From assembly GCA_035577965.1 (NCBI GenBank), contig DATJYX010000065.1, forward strand, positions 22,322 to 86,321: DNA of 64,000 nucleotides, read 5' to 3'. The stretch is from Vicinamibacteria bacterium (lineage in GTDB: Bacteria; Acidobacteriota; Vicinamibacteria; Fen-336). A model generated the notes under the pieces. It had not been told where the DNA came from. It made no database searches and saw only the letters and a program-made list of their open reading frames with translations. This document shows positions 55,270-64,000 of the stretch, piece by piece. The translations under genes were made by a program, and so were the position numbers. How positions within the stretch are numbered: position 1 is the stretch's first letter; each line of letters opens with the position of its first letter.

Positions 55270-56613
55270 ATGACGCTCGTCGACACCGACGTGGTGGTGG
55301 TGGGCTCGGGCCCCGGAGGGGCGACCGTGGCCCGGGAGCTCGTCCGCCGCGGCCGCCGCGTCCTGCTGCTGGAGCGTGGCGTCGACGAGCGTCGCCGCTT
55401 CTACTACGGCACGTACCTGGGGGCGCTCCTCTACACGGACCGCTCCAGCCTGCTCTTCACCGAGGAAGGGCTCAACGTGATCCGCCCCCTGATGCTCGGC
55501 GGCGCGACGAGCATGTACTGCGGCTGCGCCGCACCGCCGCCTTCCTGGATGAAGGCCCGGTACGGGGTCGATCTCGACCGGGAGTCGGCGGAGGCGGAGA
55601 GCGAGCTGGGGGTGGCCCCGCTGCCGCCGGAGATGCGCGGGGTGGCGTCGACGCGTCTCGCCGAGGCCGCCGGCGAGGCGGGATACGCCTTCTTCCCCCA
55701 GCCGAAGTTCATGAGCCCGGCGCGCGCCCACGCCTTCCCCCGGGCCTGCGGCGCCCGCTGCATGCTGGGCTGCCGGTGCGGCGCGAAGTGGAACGCCGCG
55801 GAGTGGGTGGACGAGGCGGTGGCCGGGGGGGCGGAGCTGCGCACGCGCGCACACGTCGAGCGGGTGACCATCGAGGGCGGCCAGGCCACGGGGCTCGAGG
55901 GCCGCCTGGCCGGCTCGCCGTTCCAGGTCCGTGCGCAGACCGTCGTCGTCGCCGCAGGCGGCATCGGAACTCCACGTCTCCTCCAGGCCTCGGGCCTGCA
56001 CGACGCCGGCGAAGGTCTGACCATGGACGCGACGCTCATGGTCTACGGCTTCGTCGAGAGGGACGGCATCGGCCGCGAGCCGCCCATGACCTGGTCGCAC
56101 GAGAACCCGGACGCCGGCTACATGCTCAGCACCCTCGTCGACCCCTGGCTCCTCTACCCGATCATGGCCGCGCTCAAGGAGCCTCGTCATGCCCTCACGT
56201 GGCCGCGGTGGGGGAACGTCCTGGGCGTCATGATCAAGCTCAAGGACGAGGTCTCGGGCGGCGTCTTCCCGGACGGGCGGATTCGCAAGCCCCTCACGAC
56301 GGGCGACCGCGAGCGCCTGGCCGACGCGGAGGAGGTCTGCCGCAGGATCCTCGTCCGCGCCGGGGCCGAGCCGTCCTCGATCTTCGCGACCCCGCTGCGG
56401 GGAACCCACCCGAGCGGGACGGTCCGCATCGGCACGCACGTCGACCGGGATCTCGCGACCCCGGTGAGGAACCTGTACGCCTGCGACGCCAGCGTGTTCC
56501 CCGAGGCCCTCGACCGGCCGACCGTCCTCACGATCGTCGCTCTCGCCAAGCGCCTGGCCGGGCACCTCGCCCCGGGTCCCGTCTCTCGACCTTCGAGCCG
56601 GCCCGGCCCGTGA
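55270..56613 (+). CDS. GMC-family FAD oxidoreductase-like protein (short, with Cys-rich insert CGARCMLGCRCG)
   Basis: VVVVGSGPGGATVARELVRRGRRVLLLERG; C-terminal GMC-like NLYACDASVFP. Confidence 0.65.
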   Translation: MTLVDTDVVVVGSGPGGATVARELVRRGRRVLLLERGVDERRRFYYGTYLGALLYTDRSSLLFTEEGLNVIRPLMLGGATSMYCGCAAPPPSWMKARYGVDLDRESAEAESELGVAPLPPEMRGVASTRLAEAAGEAGYAFFPQPKFMSPARAHAFPRACGARCMLGCRCGAKWNAAEWVDEAVAGGAELRTRAHVERVTIEGGQATGLEGRLAGSPFQVRAQTVVVAAGGIGTPRLLQASGLHDAGEGLTMDATLMVYGFVERDGIGREPPMTWSHENPDAGYMLSTLVDPWLLYPIMAALKEPRHALTWPRWGNVLGVMIKLKDEVSGGVFPDGRIRKPLTTGDRERLADAEEVCRRILVRAGAEPSSIFATPLRGTHPSGTVRIGTHVDRDLATPVRNLYACDASVFPEALDRPTVLTIVALAKRLAGHLAPGPVSRPSSRPGP

Positions 56614-57611
56614 CCCCGGAGGAGCTCCGGGCTCGTCTCGACGCCCATCCGCGCGTCGTCCTCGGCGAGACCCCGACACCCTGCCAGGAGCTCGAGCGCC
56701 TCTCGGCCGAGCTCCGACGGCCCGTCTTCGCCAAGCGCGACGACCTCCTCGGTCCCGCCCTCGGCGGAAACAAGACCCGCAAGCTCGAATACCTGATGGC
56801 GGACGCTCGGCGGCAGGGGGCGACCAGGGTCGCGACGTTCGGCGGCCTGCAATCGAACCACGCCCGCCTCACCGCCGCCGCGGCGAGCCTCGTGGGCATG
56901 GAGGCGCATCTCCTCTACTTCGAGGCGCGCCCGAGAGCGCTCACCGGCAACCTCCTCGTCAACCAGGTCCTTGGCGCCCGGATGCACTTCTTCCCGCTCA
57001 CGTCGAGACGCCCGCGCGCGCGCTCGCTCGAGGGGACGATCCGACTCGCCCGGCTGCTCGCCCGCCTGCGGGTCGGGCCGCACTACTTCATTCCCGTGGG
57101 CGGGCACACCTGGGTCGGAGCCCTCGGCTACGTGCGCGCCGCCGTCGAGATGGACGAGCAGGCCCGACGGCTCGGCATCGTCGACGCGCACGTCGTGGTG
57201 GCCGCGGGGTCAGGAGGCACCCTGGCCGGCCTCCTCGCCGGCCTTCGGCTCGTCGGCTCCCGCCTCCGTCCCCTCGGCATCGACGTGGGGAAGCTCTGGA
57301 AGTCGTTTCCGGCTGCCGTCGCGCATCTCGCGAGCGAGGTCTCCGCGCGGCTCGGCGAGCCTCTTCCTTTCGAACCCGCCGACGTGCCGCTGGTCGAGGG
57401 AACCTACGCGGGCCATGCCTACGGCCGTCCCTCGGAGCCGGGCGACGCCGCGCTCGAGCGGCTCGCCCGGGCCGAGGGCATCCTGCTCGATCCCGTGTAC
57501 ACGGCGAAGGCGTTCGCTGGCCTCCTCGGAGAAGCCGAGAAGGGCCGTTTCAGACCCGGCGAGCCGATCGTCTTCCTGCACACGGGAGGGGCGCCCGCCC
57601 TCTTCGCCTGA
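56610..57611 (+). CDS. PLP-dependent ACC deaminase / D-cysteine desulfhydrase family enzyme
   Basis: GGNKTRKLEYL PLP-lysine motif; GTGA overlap with the GMC gene. Confidence 0.75.
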   Translation: MTPEELRARLDAHPRVVLGETPTPCQELERLSAELRRPVFAKRDDLLGPALGGNKTRKLEYLMADARRQGATRVATFGGLQSNHARLTAAAASLVGMEAHLLYFEARPRALTGNLLVNQVLGARMHFFPLTSRRPRARSLEGTIRLARLLARLRVGPHYFIPVGGHTWVGALGYVRAAVEMDEQARRLGIVDAHVVVAAGSGGTLAGLLAGLRLVGSRLRPLGIDVGKLWKSFPAAVAHLASEVSARLGEPLPFEPADVPLVEGTYAGHAYGRPSEPGDAALERLARAEGILLDPVYTAKAFAGLLGEAEKGRFRPGEPIVFLHTGGAPALFA

Positions 57612-57681
57612 CCCCTCGAATCCGTGGCGACCCGCGCACCACGGACGTAGAATCGCCGCGTCATTCGGCGAGGAGGCCTTC

Positions 57682-58536
57682 ATGACCACGAAGAGCGGGA
57701 TGCCGCGGCGCGAGATGCTGCGGATGGGAGCGGTGGGCGCGGCGGCGGCGTGGGCGACCGCGCGGGCGAAGCTGGGGCTCGCCGCGGGCAAGGTGCCGAT
57801 CGGCGTGCAGCTCTACTCGGTCCGGCACGACTGCGAGAAGGACCTGCCGGGCACGCTGAAGGCGCTGAAGGGCTTCGGCTACGAGGCGGTGGAGTTCGCC
57901 GGCTACTACGGACGGACGGCGGCGGACATGCGGAAGCTCCTCGACGACAACGGCCTCAAGTGCTGCGGCACCCACACTTCGCTCGACACGCTCGAGGGCG
58001 ACGCCCTCGCGAAGACGGTCGAGTACAACAAGGGGATCGGCAACAAGTTCCTGATCTGCCCCTGGATCCCCGAGGAGCGCCGCAAGACGGCCGAGGACTG
58101 GAAGACGCTCGCCGCCCTCTTCGACGGAATGGCGGACAAGGTCGCGCCGGCCGGGATGCGCGTCGGCTACCACAACCACAACGTGGAGTTCACGCCGCTC
58201 GAGGGGAAGACCCCGTGGGACCTCTTCTTCGGCGGGACGAAGAAGGCGGTCATCCAGCAGGTCGACACCGGCAACTGCATCGAGGGCGGCGGCGACCCGG
58301 TGGCCCTCGTCAAGCGCTTCCCGGGCCGCACGGCGAGCATCCACATCAAGGAGTTCTCGAAGGCGAAGCCGGACGCGTTCATCGGCGACGGCGACATACC
58401 GTGGAAGGCCCTCTTCGAGGCCTGCGAGACGGTGGGCGGGACCGAGTGGTACATCGTCGAGTACGAGCGCGAGAAGCAGCCCGCCCTGCCCGCGGTCGAC
58501 CACTGCCTGAAGAACCTGCGCAAGATGGGCAAGTAG
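57682..58536 (+). CDS. Sugar phosphate isomerase/epimerase (xylose-isomerase-like TIM barrel) with Tat-like signal
   Basis: AGGAGG SD; RREMLRMGAVGAAAAWA; AP-endo/XylI-like barrel residues. Confidence 0.7.
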   Translation: MTTKSGMPRREMLRMGAVGAAAAWATARAKLGLAAGKVPIGVQLYSVRHDCEKDLPGTLKALKGFGYEAVEFAGYYGRTAADMRKLLDDNGLKCCGTHTSLDTLEGDALAKTVEYNKGIGNKFLICPWIPEERRKTAEDWKTLAALFDGMADKVAPAGMRVGYHNHNVEFTPLEGKTPWDLFFGGTKKAVIQQVDTGNCIEGGGDPVALVKRFPGRTASIHIKEFSKAKPDAFIGDGDIPWKALFEACETVGGTEWYIVEYEREKQPALPAVDHCLKNLRKMGK

Positions 58537-58642
58537 GCCGTTCAGGCGCCGGATCGGGTCGGCGTCCGATCCCGCGCGCCCGCACTCCGGGAGGCCCTGC
58601 CCGGCGCGCCGTCGCGTCGCCGCTCGACCCCGTCGGTACAAT

Positions 58643-59329
58643 GTGACCGTGGGGCCCGAGGATATGCCCGAGTGGGAGCGCCTGCTGTCCGCCGAGAGGC
58701 ACCTGCAGGCCCTCGTGCCGGGAGCAGTCCTGGTGGGAGGCACGGCCGCCGCGCTGCACGCCGGCCACCGGCGGAGCCTCGACGGCGACCACGTGCTCGA
58801 AGACCTGCGGCCCCGGTTCGACGACGTCCTGGCGACGCTCGAGGCCGCGGCGGGGTGGCCGACCTCCCGCGTCCAGCGGCCGGTGGCGATCCTCGGCCGG
58901 CTGGACGGCGTCATGACAGGCATCCGTCAGCTCCGACGGACGCGGCCGCTCGAGACGGAGGTGGTGTCCGGCCTGCGCGTGCCGTCGCTCGGCGAGATGG
59001 CCCGCATCAAGGCCTGGCTGTTGGCCACCCGCCACACGACCCGCGACTACCTCGACACCGTGGTGCTCCTCGAGCGCCTGGGCGACCCGGCAGCGCGCGA
59101 GGCCTTCGGGCCGTTCGACGAGATCTACCGACAGGAGACCGGCGCATCGCCGCTCGCCGAGGTCATCGAGCGCCTGGCGGCGGCGGCGCCGACCGACGCG
59201 GCGTCGATCGACCTCTCCAGCTACAAGGGCCTCGTCGCGCCGTGGGACGACTGGTTGCACCTCGCGACCCGAGGGCGACATTGGGCCGTCGTGCTCGCCG
59301 CCGCCCTGCTGCGAGGAGGCGCGTGGTGA
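58643..59329 (+). CDS. Nucleotidyltransferase, AbiEii/DUF1814-like (type IV toxin family)
   Basis: LVGGTAAALHAGHRRSLDGDHVL pol-beta NTase motif hG[GS]...DxD. Alternative start MPEWERLL at 58664, preceded by TACAAT at 58629. Confidence 0.55.
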   Translation: MTVGPEDMPEWERLLSAERHLQALVPGAVLVGGTAAALHAGHRRSLDGDHVLEDLRPRFDDVLATLEAAAGWPTSRVQRPVAILGRLDGVMTGIRQLRRTRPLETEVVSGLRVPSLGEMARIKAWLLATRHTTRDYLDTVVLLERLGDPAAREAFGPFDEIYRQETGASPLAEVIERLAAAAPTDAASIDLSSYKGLVAPWDDWLHLATRGRHWAVVLAAALLRGGAW

Positions 59330-59613
59330 GCCGCAGCGCGCTCGAGCGGGTCGTGGTCGGCTGGAACCGCAGCCGCCTCGACCTCGCGAGCGACGAGGTG
59401 CTCGCCCAGGTCCTCGATCGCGGCGACATCCAGGCCTGGCGGGAGCTCTACGAGATCGCGTCGGCAGACGGGGCCCTGCGTCGCCGGATCCACCGTGTCG
59501 TCCAGCAGGTGCCGCTTCCCTATCCCGCGTTCTGGCTCGCTGCGCTCGCCAGCCTGGGCGAGCCCGTCGATTGGACGGCAAGGCTGCCTCGGGACGACGG
59601 CATGGCCTACTAG
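59326..59613 (+). CDS. Small hypothetical protein (95 aa) translationally coupled (GTGA) to the NTase gene
   Basis: Very high GC3 in this frame; GTG overlaps the upstream stop; no recognisable domain. Confidence 0.45.
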   Translation: MSRSALERVVVGWNRSRLDLASDEVLAQVLDRGDIQAWRELYEIASADGALRRRIHRVVQQVPLPYPAFWLAALASLGEPVDWTARLPRDDGMAY

Positions 59614-60878
59614 GGGCGCGGCCCCGAGGCTCCCCGCAATCGCTCTGGCCGGTCAGCGGTGCGGTCGAGGCGCAGCAGGACGAGGGTTCCGGGCACGGCC
59701 ACGAGCGGCATCAAGCCCCAGAACGCCCGCTCGCCGAGGGCGGCGTGGAGCGGGAGCGTGATCGCGGGGTTCAGGGCGAAGGCCACCGACCACGTCGCCT
59801 GGTAGAGGCTCAGGTAGCGGCCGCGAGCCTGGGGCGGGGCCCAGTCGGCGACGAACGACATCTGCTGCGGCGAGGCCAGGATCTCGCCGGCCGTGTAGAC
59901 GAGCGCCGCGAGCGCGAACCAGGCCCAGTGCATCACGAGGCCGACGAGGCCGAAGCCGGCCGCGGAGAGGAAGGACCCGAGGGCGGCGAGGCGGAGGCGG
60001 CGGAAGGGCTTCAGCCGCTCGGTGATCGAGATCTCGAAGAAGGCGACGAGGACGCCGTTGAGCGCGGCGACGAGGCCGAAGACGACGGCAGGATACCCGG
60101 CGGACTGGGTCACCGTGAGGGGCAGGATCGAGAGGTGCGAGCAGAAGATGAGCGTGAAGAGGAACCCGGTGGCCGTCGTGGCGAGGAAGACGCCGTCCGT
60201 CAGCAGGCTCGCCGGACCGTGGCCGACGGCGGGACGCGGACCTTCGTCCCCGGCGGCGGGCGAGGGAGAAGGGCCGATGGCCGACACCGTCTCGACGTGG
60301 GGCCGGGTCTCGGGGATGGCGAAGTACACGAGGACACCGTAGGCGAGCGTGGTGAGGCCGTCGCCGAGGAAGAGGAGCCGCCAGTCCCAGTCCGCGAGGA
60401 GGCCTCCGACCGCGGTGCCGGTCGCCCAGCCCAGGTTGACCGCCATGCGCAGCCCGGCGAAGCCGCTCGCCCTCTCCGAGGACGGCAGGAGGTCGCCGAT
60501 GATCGCGGAGGCCGCGGGCCGGTAGAGGTCGGCGATGAAGCCGAAGGCGACGAGGACGGGGACGAAGCCGGCGGTGGACGAGACGAAGGCCATCGCCACC
60601 GCGAGGACGCCGGAGCCGAGGAGGCTCACGAGCAGCGTGCGCCGCCGGCCGAAGCGGTCGGTGATGACGCCCCCGGCGAGGATCGAGACGACCGACCCGA
60701 AGCCGTAGCCGAAGATGAGGCGCGCCGCTTCGGCCTCCCGCATGTGGAAGTCGCGGAGGAGGACAAGGGTCAGGTAGGGGACGATGAACGTCCCCACCTT
60801 GTTGACGAGCGTTCCGACGAGGAGGAGGCGCACCGGGCGTGGGAAGCGCCCGATGATCCGCAGCGGGCTTTCGAGCAT
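59610..60878 (-). CDS. MFS transporter
   Basis: 12 TM pattern; [10 protein letters not shown] motif. Confidence 0.75.
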   Translation of the reverse strand: MLESPLRIIGRFPRPVRLLLVGTLVNKVGTFIVPYLTLVLLRDFHMREAEAARLIFGYGFGSVVSILAGGVITDRFGRRRTLLVSLLGSGVLAVAMAFVSSTAGFVPVLVAFGFIADLYRPAASAIIGDLLPSSERASGFAGLRMAVNLGWATGTAVGGLLADWDWRLLFLGDGLTTLAYGVLVYFAIPETRPHVETVSAIGPSPSPAAGDEGPRPAVGHGPASLLTDGVFLATTATGFLFTLIFCSHLSILPLTVTQSAGYPAVVFGLVAALNGVLVAFFEISITERLKPFRRLRLAALGSFLSAAGFGLVGLVMHWAWFALAALVYTAGEILASPQQMSFVADWAPPQARGRYLSLYQATWSVAFALNPAITLPLHAALGERAFWGLMPLVAVPGTLVLLRLDRTADRPERLRGASGPRP

Positions 60879-60925
60879 GGGCCGAACGCCCACTCTATAA
60901 TGGGCCTCCCACCGGAGGGAGCGTC

Positions 60926-61672
60926 ATGCACAAGCTGGTCCTGTTGCGCCACGGCGAGAGCACCTGGAACCTCGAGAACCGGTTCACCGGATGGACCGAC
61001 GTCGATCTGTCGCCGAAAGGCCTCGAGGAGGCGGTCGCCGGGGCGAGGCTCCTCAAGGAGGGCGGGTACGTCTTCGACGTGGCCCACACGTCGCTCCTGC
61101 GCCGGGCGATCCGCACGCTCTGGATCACGCTCGAGGGCATGGACCTCATGTGGATCCCGGTGAAGAACACGTGGCGCCTCAACGAGCGGCACTACGGTGC
61201 CCTCCAGGGGCTGAACAAGGCGGAGACGGCGAAGAAGTTCGGCGAGGAGCAGGTGAAGATCTGGAGGCGGGCCTACGCGACGCCGCCCCCCGCCCTCGCC
61301 CCGGACGACGCGCGGCACCCCGGGCGCGACCCTCGCTACGCGGGGCTCACGAAGGACCTGCTGCCCCTCACCGAGTCGCTCAAGGACACGGTCGCCCGGT
61401 TTCTCCCCTACTGGCACGACGCGATCGTGCCCGACGTCAGGGCCGGCAAGCGCGTGCTCGTGGCCGCCCACGGAAACAGCCTCCGCGCGCTCGTGAAGCA
61501 CCTCGACGGCGTCTCCGACGACGACATCGTGGGCCTCAACATCCCCACCGGAATCCCGCTCGTCTACGAGCTCGACGACGACCTCAGGCCGATCCGCCAC
61601 GACTACCTGGGCGACCCCGAGGCGGCGAGGAAGGCGGCGGAGGCGGTCGCCGCCCAGTCCAAGGCGAAGTGA
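60926..61672 (+). CDS. gpmA: 2,3-bisphosphoglycerate-dependent phosphoglycerate mutase
   Basis: [10 protein letters not shown] catalytic His motif; RLNERHYG. Confidence 0.9.
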   Translation: MHKLVLLRHGESTWNLENRFTGWTDVDLSPKGLEEAVAGARLLKEGGYVFDVAHTSLLRRAIRTLWITLEGMDLMWIPVKNTWRLNERHYGALQGLNKAETAKKFGEEQVKIWRRAYATPPPALAPDDARHPGRDPRYAGLTKDLLPLTESLKDTVARFLPYWHDAIVPDVRAGKRVLVAAHGNSLRALVKHLDGVSDDDIVGLNIPTGIPLVYELDDDLRPIRHDYLGDPEAARKAAEAVAAQSKAK

Positions 61673-64000
61673 GCGGAGAGCGCCGCCGCTGGCCGCTCGT
61701 CCTCGGCGGCACGGCCGCCGCTCTCGTCCTCGTGGCGGGCGGCGTCGGTGCATACGTGCGCGCGCAGCTGCGCGGGAGCCTTGCAGAGCTCGACGGGGAG
61801 CGACCCCTGCCTGGGCTCGGCGCGCCGGTCCGGATCGAGCGCGACGCCCTCGGCGTGCCGGTGGTCAGAGGGGGAAGCCGGCTCGACGTGGGCCGGGCGA
61901 CCGGCTTCCTGCACGCGCAGGAGCGCTTCTTCCAGATGGACCTCCTCCGCCGCAGCGCGGCCGGAGAGCTCGCTGGGCTCGTCGGCCGGGTGGCGGTCGG
62001 TCTCGACCGCGAGGCACGCCCGCTTCGGCTCCGGCTGGTCGCCCGGCGAGCCGTGAAGGAGCTGCGGAAGGACGAGCGCGACCTCCTCGCCGCCTACACG
62101 GCGGGGGTGAACGCGGGCCTCGCCGCGCTCGGGGCCCGGCCCTTCGAGTACCTGGCCCTGCGCGCCGCGCCCGCGAAGTGGCGGGACGAGGACTCGCTCC
62201 TCTGCGCGCTCGCCATGTATCGCGACCTCCAGGGATCCCAGCCGGCGCACGAGTCCGTCCTCGGCCTCCTGCGGGAGACGCTCCCTCGGCCTGTGGCCGA
62301 CTTCCTGGCCCCGGTGGGCACGGAGTGGGACGCCCCGATCGAGGGCGAGCCGATCCCGATGCCGGCCGTCCCGGGACCGGACGTCCTCGACCTGCGGAAG
62401 GCGAAGCCCGAGGAGCCCGTCGCTCGGGTTCTCCCGGAGGAACCACCCGTTGCTCTCGCCCTGCTGGGCGTTCCGACGCGGTCGGCCGACGAGGGAGACC
62501 TTGACTTCGGCAGCAACAACTGGGCGGTCGCGGGAAGCCACACGGCGCACGGCGGCGCCCTCCTCGCGAACGACATGCACCTCGGCATCTCGGTGCCGAA
62601 CACCTGGTACCGTCTCTCGCTCGTGTTCCCGGGCGTCGAGGGCGAGAGACGTGTCACCGGTGTCACGCTCCCGGGCACCCCGTTCGTGGTCGCGGGCAGC
62701 AACGGCCACGTGGCCTGGGCGTTCACCAACAGCGAGGGCGACTGGGCGGACCTCGTCCTCCTCGAGCCCGTTCCCGGGAGCCCCGACGCCTATCGCACGC
62801 CGGACGGCCCGCGGCAGATCGAACGGGAGACCGAGACGATCGAGGTGAGCGGGGAGAGGGCAGAGACACTGGCCGTCGAGTCCACGGTGTGGGGGCCCGT
62901 CGTCGACACCGACCACGCCGGCCGCCGCCGGGCGCTCGCCTGGGTCGCCCTTCGGGAAGGCGGCCTCAACGCGGGGCTCGACCGCATGGAGGCGGTGGGG
63001 AGCCTCGCCGAGGCCCAGGCCCTCGCGCCGGAGGTCGGCATCCCCCACCAGAACTTCGTCGTGGCCGACGAGGCAGGACGGATCGGCTGGACGATCATCG
63101 GCCGCATCCCGCGCCGCGTGGGCCACGACGGCCGGACGCCGACCTCGTGGGCGGACGGAAAGAACGGGTGGGACGGCTGGCTGCGCCCGGAGGAGTACCC
63201 GCGCGTCGTCGACCCGCCGAGCGGACGGATCTGGACGGCCAACGCCCGCGTCGTGGGCGGGGACAAGCTGGCGCGGGTGGGCGTGGGCGGCTACGACCTG
63301 GGCGCCCGGCAGGGGCAGATCCGGGACGACCTCCTCGCCGTTCCCAAGGCGAGCGAAGACGACATGCTGCGCGTGCAGCTCGACGACCGGGCGGCCTTCC
63401 TCGCCCGCTGGCAGAAGCTCCTCCTCGAGACCCTGACTCCCGACGCGGTCGCGAGCGACCCGCGACGCGCGGAGGCCCGGCGGCTCGTGGAGGGCTGGGG
63501 CGGCCACGCCTCGACCGGCTCCGCGGGATACCGCATCGTCCGGGCCTTCCGCCTGCGCGTCCGTGACCTCGTCCTCGACCCCCTCCTCGCCCCCGCGCGG
63601 GCGAAGGACCCCAAGCGCCTCCGCCCGGGCACGGCGCCGAACCGGTGCTGGGAGGGACCGGTGTGGGCGCTCGTCACGGCCCGCCCCGCGCACCTCCTCG
63701 ACCCCCGCCGCGCGAGCTGGGACGCTCTCCTCCTCGAAGCGGCGGACGCCGTCCTCGACGAGCTGACGAAGGACGGACGCCGGCTGGCCGAGCGGACGTG
63801 GGGCGAGCGCAACACGACGTCTATCCGTCATCCGCTCGCGCGGGCGGTCCCGCCGCTCGGCCTGCTGCTGGACATGCCGAGGGAAGCCCTTCCCGGCGAC
63901 AGCGACATGCCCCGCGTCCAAGGACCCGCCTTCGGCGCCTCCGAGCGGCTCGCCGTCTCGCCGGGGCACGAGGATCGGGGCTACTTCCACATGCCTTGTG
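61669..64000 (+). CDS. Penicillin acylase family protein (Ntn hydrolase S45; possible AHL/penicillin amidase), 3'-truncated by window end
   Basis: N-terminal TM; [17 protein letters not shown]; Ntn nucleophile GSNNWAV at ~62506; GTGA overlap with gpmA. Frame not in the track because no stop occurs within the window. Confidence 0.75.
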   Translation, partial: MSGERRRWPLVLGGTAAALVLVAGGVGAYVRAQLRGSLAELDGERPLPGLGAPVRIERDALGVPVVRGGSRLDVGRATGFLHAQERFFQMDLLRRSAAGELAGLVGRVAVGLDREARPLRLRLVARRAVKELRKDERDLLAAYTAGVNAGLAALGARPFEYLALRAAPAKWRDEDSLLCALAMYRDLQGSQPAHESVLGLLRETLPRPVADFLAPVGTEWDAPIEGEPIPMPAVPGPDVLDLRKAKPEEPVARVLPEEPPVALALLGVPTRSADEGDLDFGSNNWAVAGSHTAHGGALLANDMHLGISVPNTWYRLSLVFPGVEGERRVTGVTLPGTPFVVAGSNGHVAWAFTNSEGDWADLVLLEPVPGSPDAYRTPDGPRQIERETETIEVSGERAETLAVESTVWGPVVDTDHAGRRRALAWVALREGGLNAGLDRMEAVGSLAEAQALAPEVGIPHQNFVVADEAGRIGWTIIGRIPRRVGHDGRTPTSWADGKNGWDGWLRPEEYPRVVDPPSGRIWTANARVVGGDKLARVGVGGYDLGARQGQIRDDLLAVPKASEDDMLRVQLDDRAAFLARWQKLLLETLTPDAVASDPRRAEARRLVEGWGGHASTGSAGYRIVRAFRLRVRDLVLDPLLAPARAKDPKRLRPGTAPNRCWEGPVWALVTARPAHLLDPRRASWDALLLEAADAVLDELTKDGRRLAERTWGERNTTSIRHPLARAVPPLGLLLDMPREALPGDSDMPRVQGPAFGASERLAVSPGHEDRGYFHMPC

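Overview
This is a 64 kb chromosomal window with about 70% GC. Gene content points to Acidobacteriota: a roughly 1100-aa carboxypeptidase-regulatory-domain TonB-dependent-like outer-membrane protein, a TIGR02999/ECF43-like sigma factor co-operonic with a TPR Ser/Thr kinase, and several ECF sigma/anti-sigma pairs. Coding density is high, and many gene junctions show 4-nt ATGA or GTGA stop/start overlaps that indicate translational coupling. In-frame genes are protein-like with very high GC3; the long antisense ORFs in the supplied track are Arg/Pro/Gly-rich GC artefacts and were discarded.

The window contains, in order:
1. An ECF sigma/anti-sigma pair followed by a secreted caspase-like (peptidase C14) protein with a C-terminal beta-barrel, then a DUF2807 lipoprotein.
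2. An unusual HEAT-repeat::PilT fusion ATPase followed directly by a canonical PilT.
3. A minus-strand operon reading ECF sigma, MacA, MacB, FtsX-like permease, TolC, DUF3300 and TPR Ser/Thr kinase.
4. An HtrA protease, a secreted HExxH protein, a DUF481 outer-membrane protein and an MFS transporter.
5. A large minus-strand kdp supra-operon: sigma54 activator, porin, a novel 27-aa peptide ORF, kdpFABC, SAM methyltransferase, DUF4118, kdpD and kdpE.
6. A divergent sigma54 promoter (TGGCACG-N4-ATGC) with upstream direct repeats, driving a small secreted protein and the TonB-dependent-like protein.
7. A complete reductive pyrimidine catabolism cluster: beta-ureidopropionase, PreA-like, dihydropyrimidinase, NCS1 permease, omega-aminotransferase and MmsA.
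8. A GH2 beta-mannosidase; a second ECF sigma/anti-sigma pair with tandem TPR paralogs; a PLP-decarboxylase/GMC-oxidoreductase/ACC-deaminase-like/sugar-isomerase cluster; an orphan AbiEii-like nucleotidyltransferase with a coupled small ORF; and MFS, gpmA and a penicillin-acylase-family gene truncated at the window end.

No rRNA, tRNA, CRISPR array, transposase or integrase was recognised.
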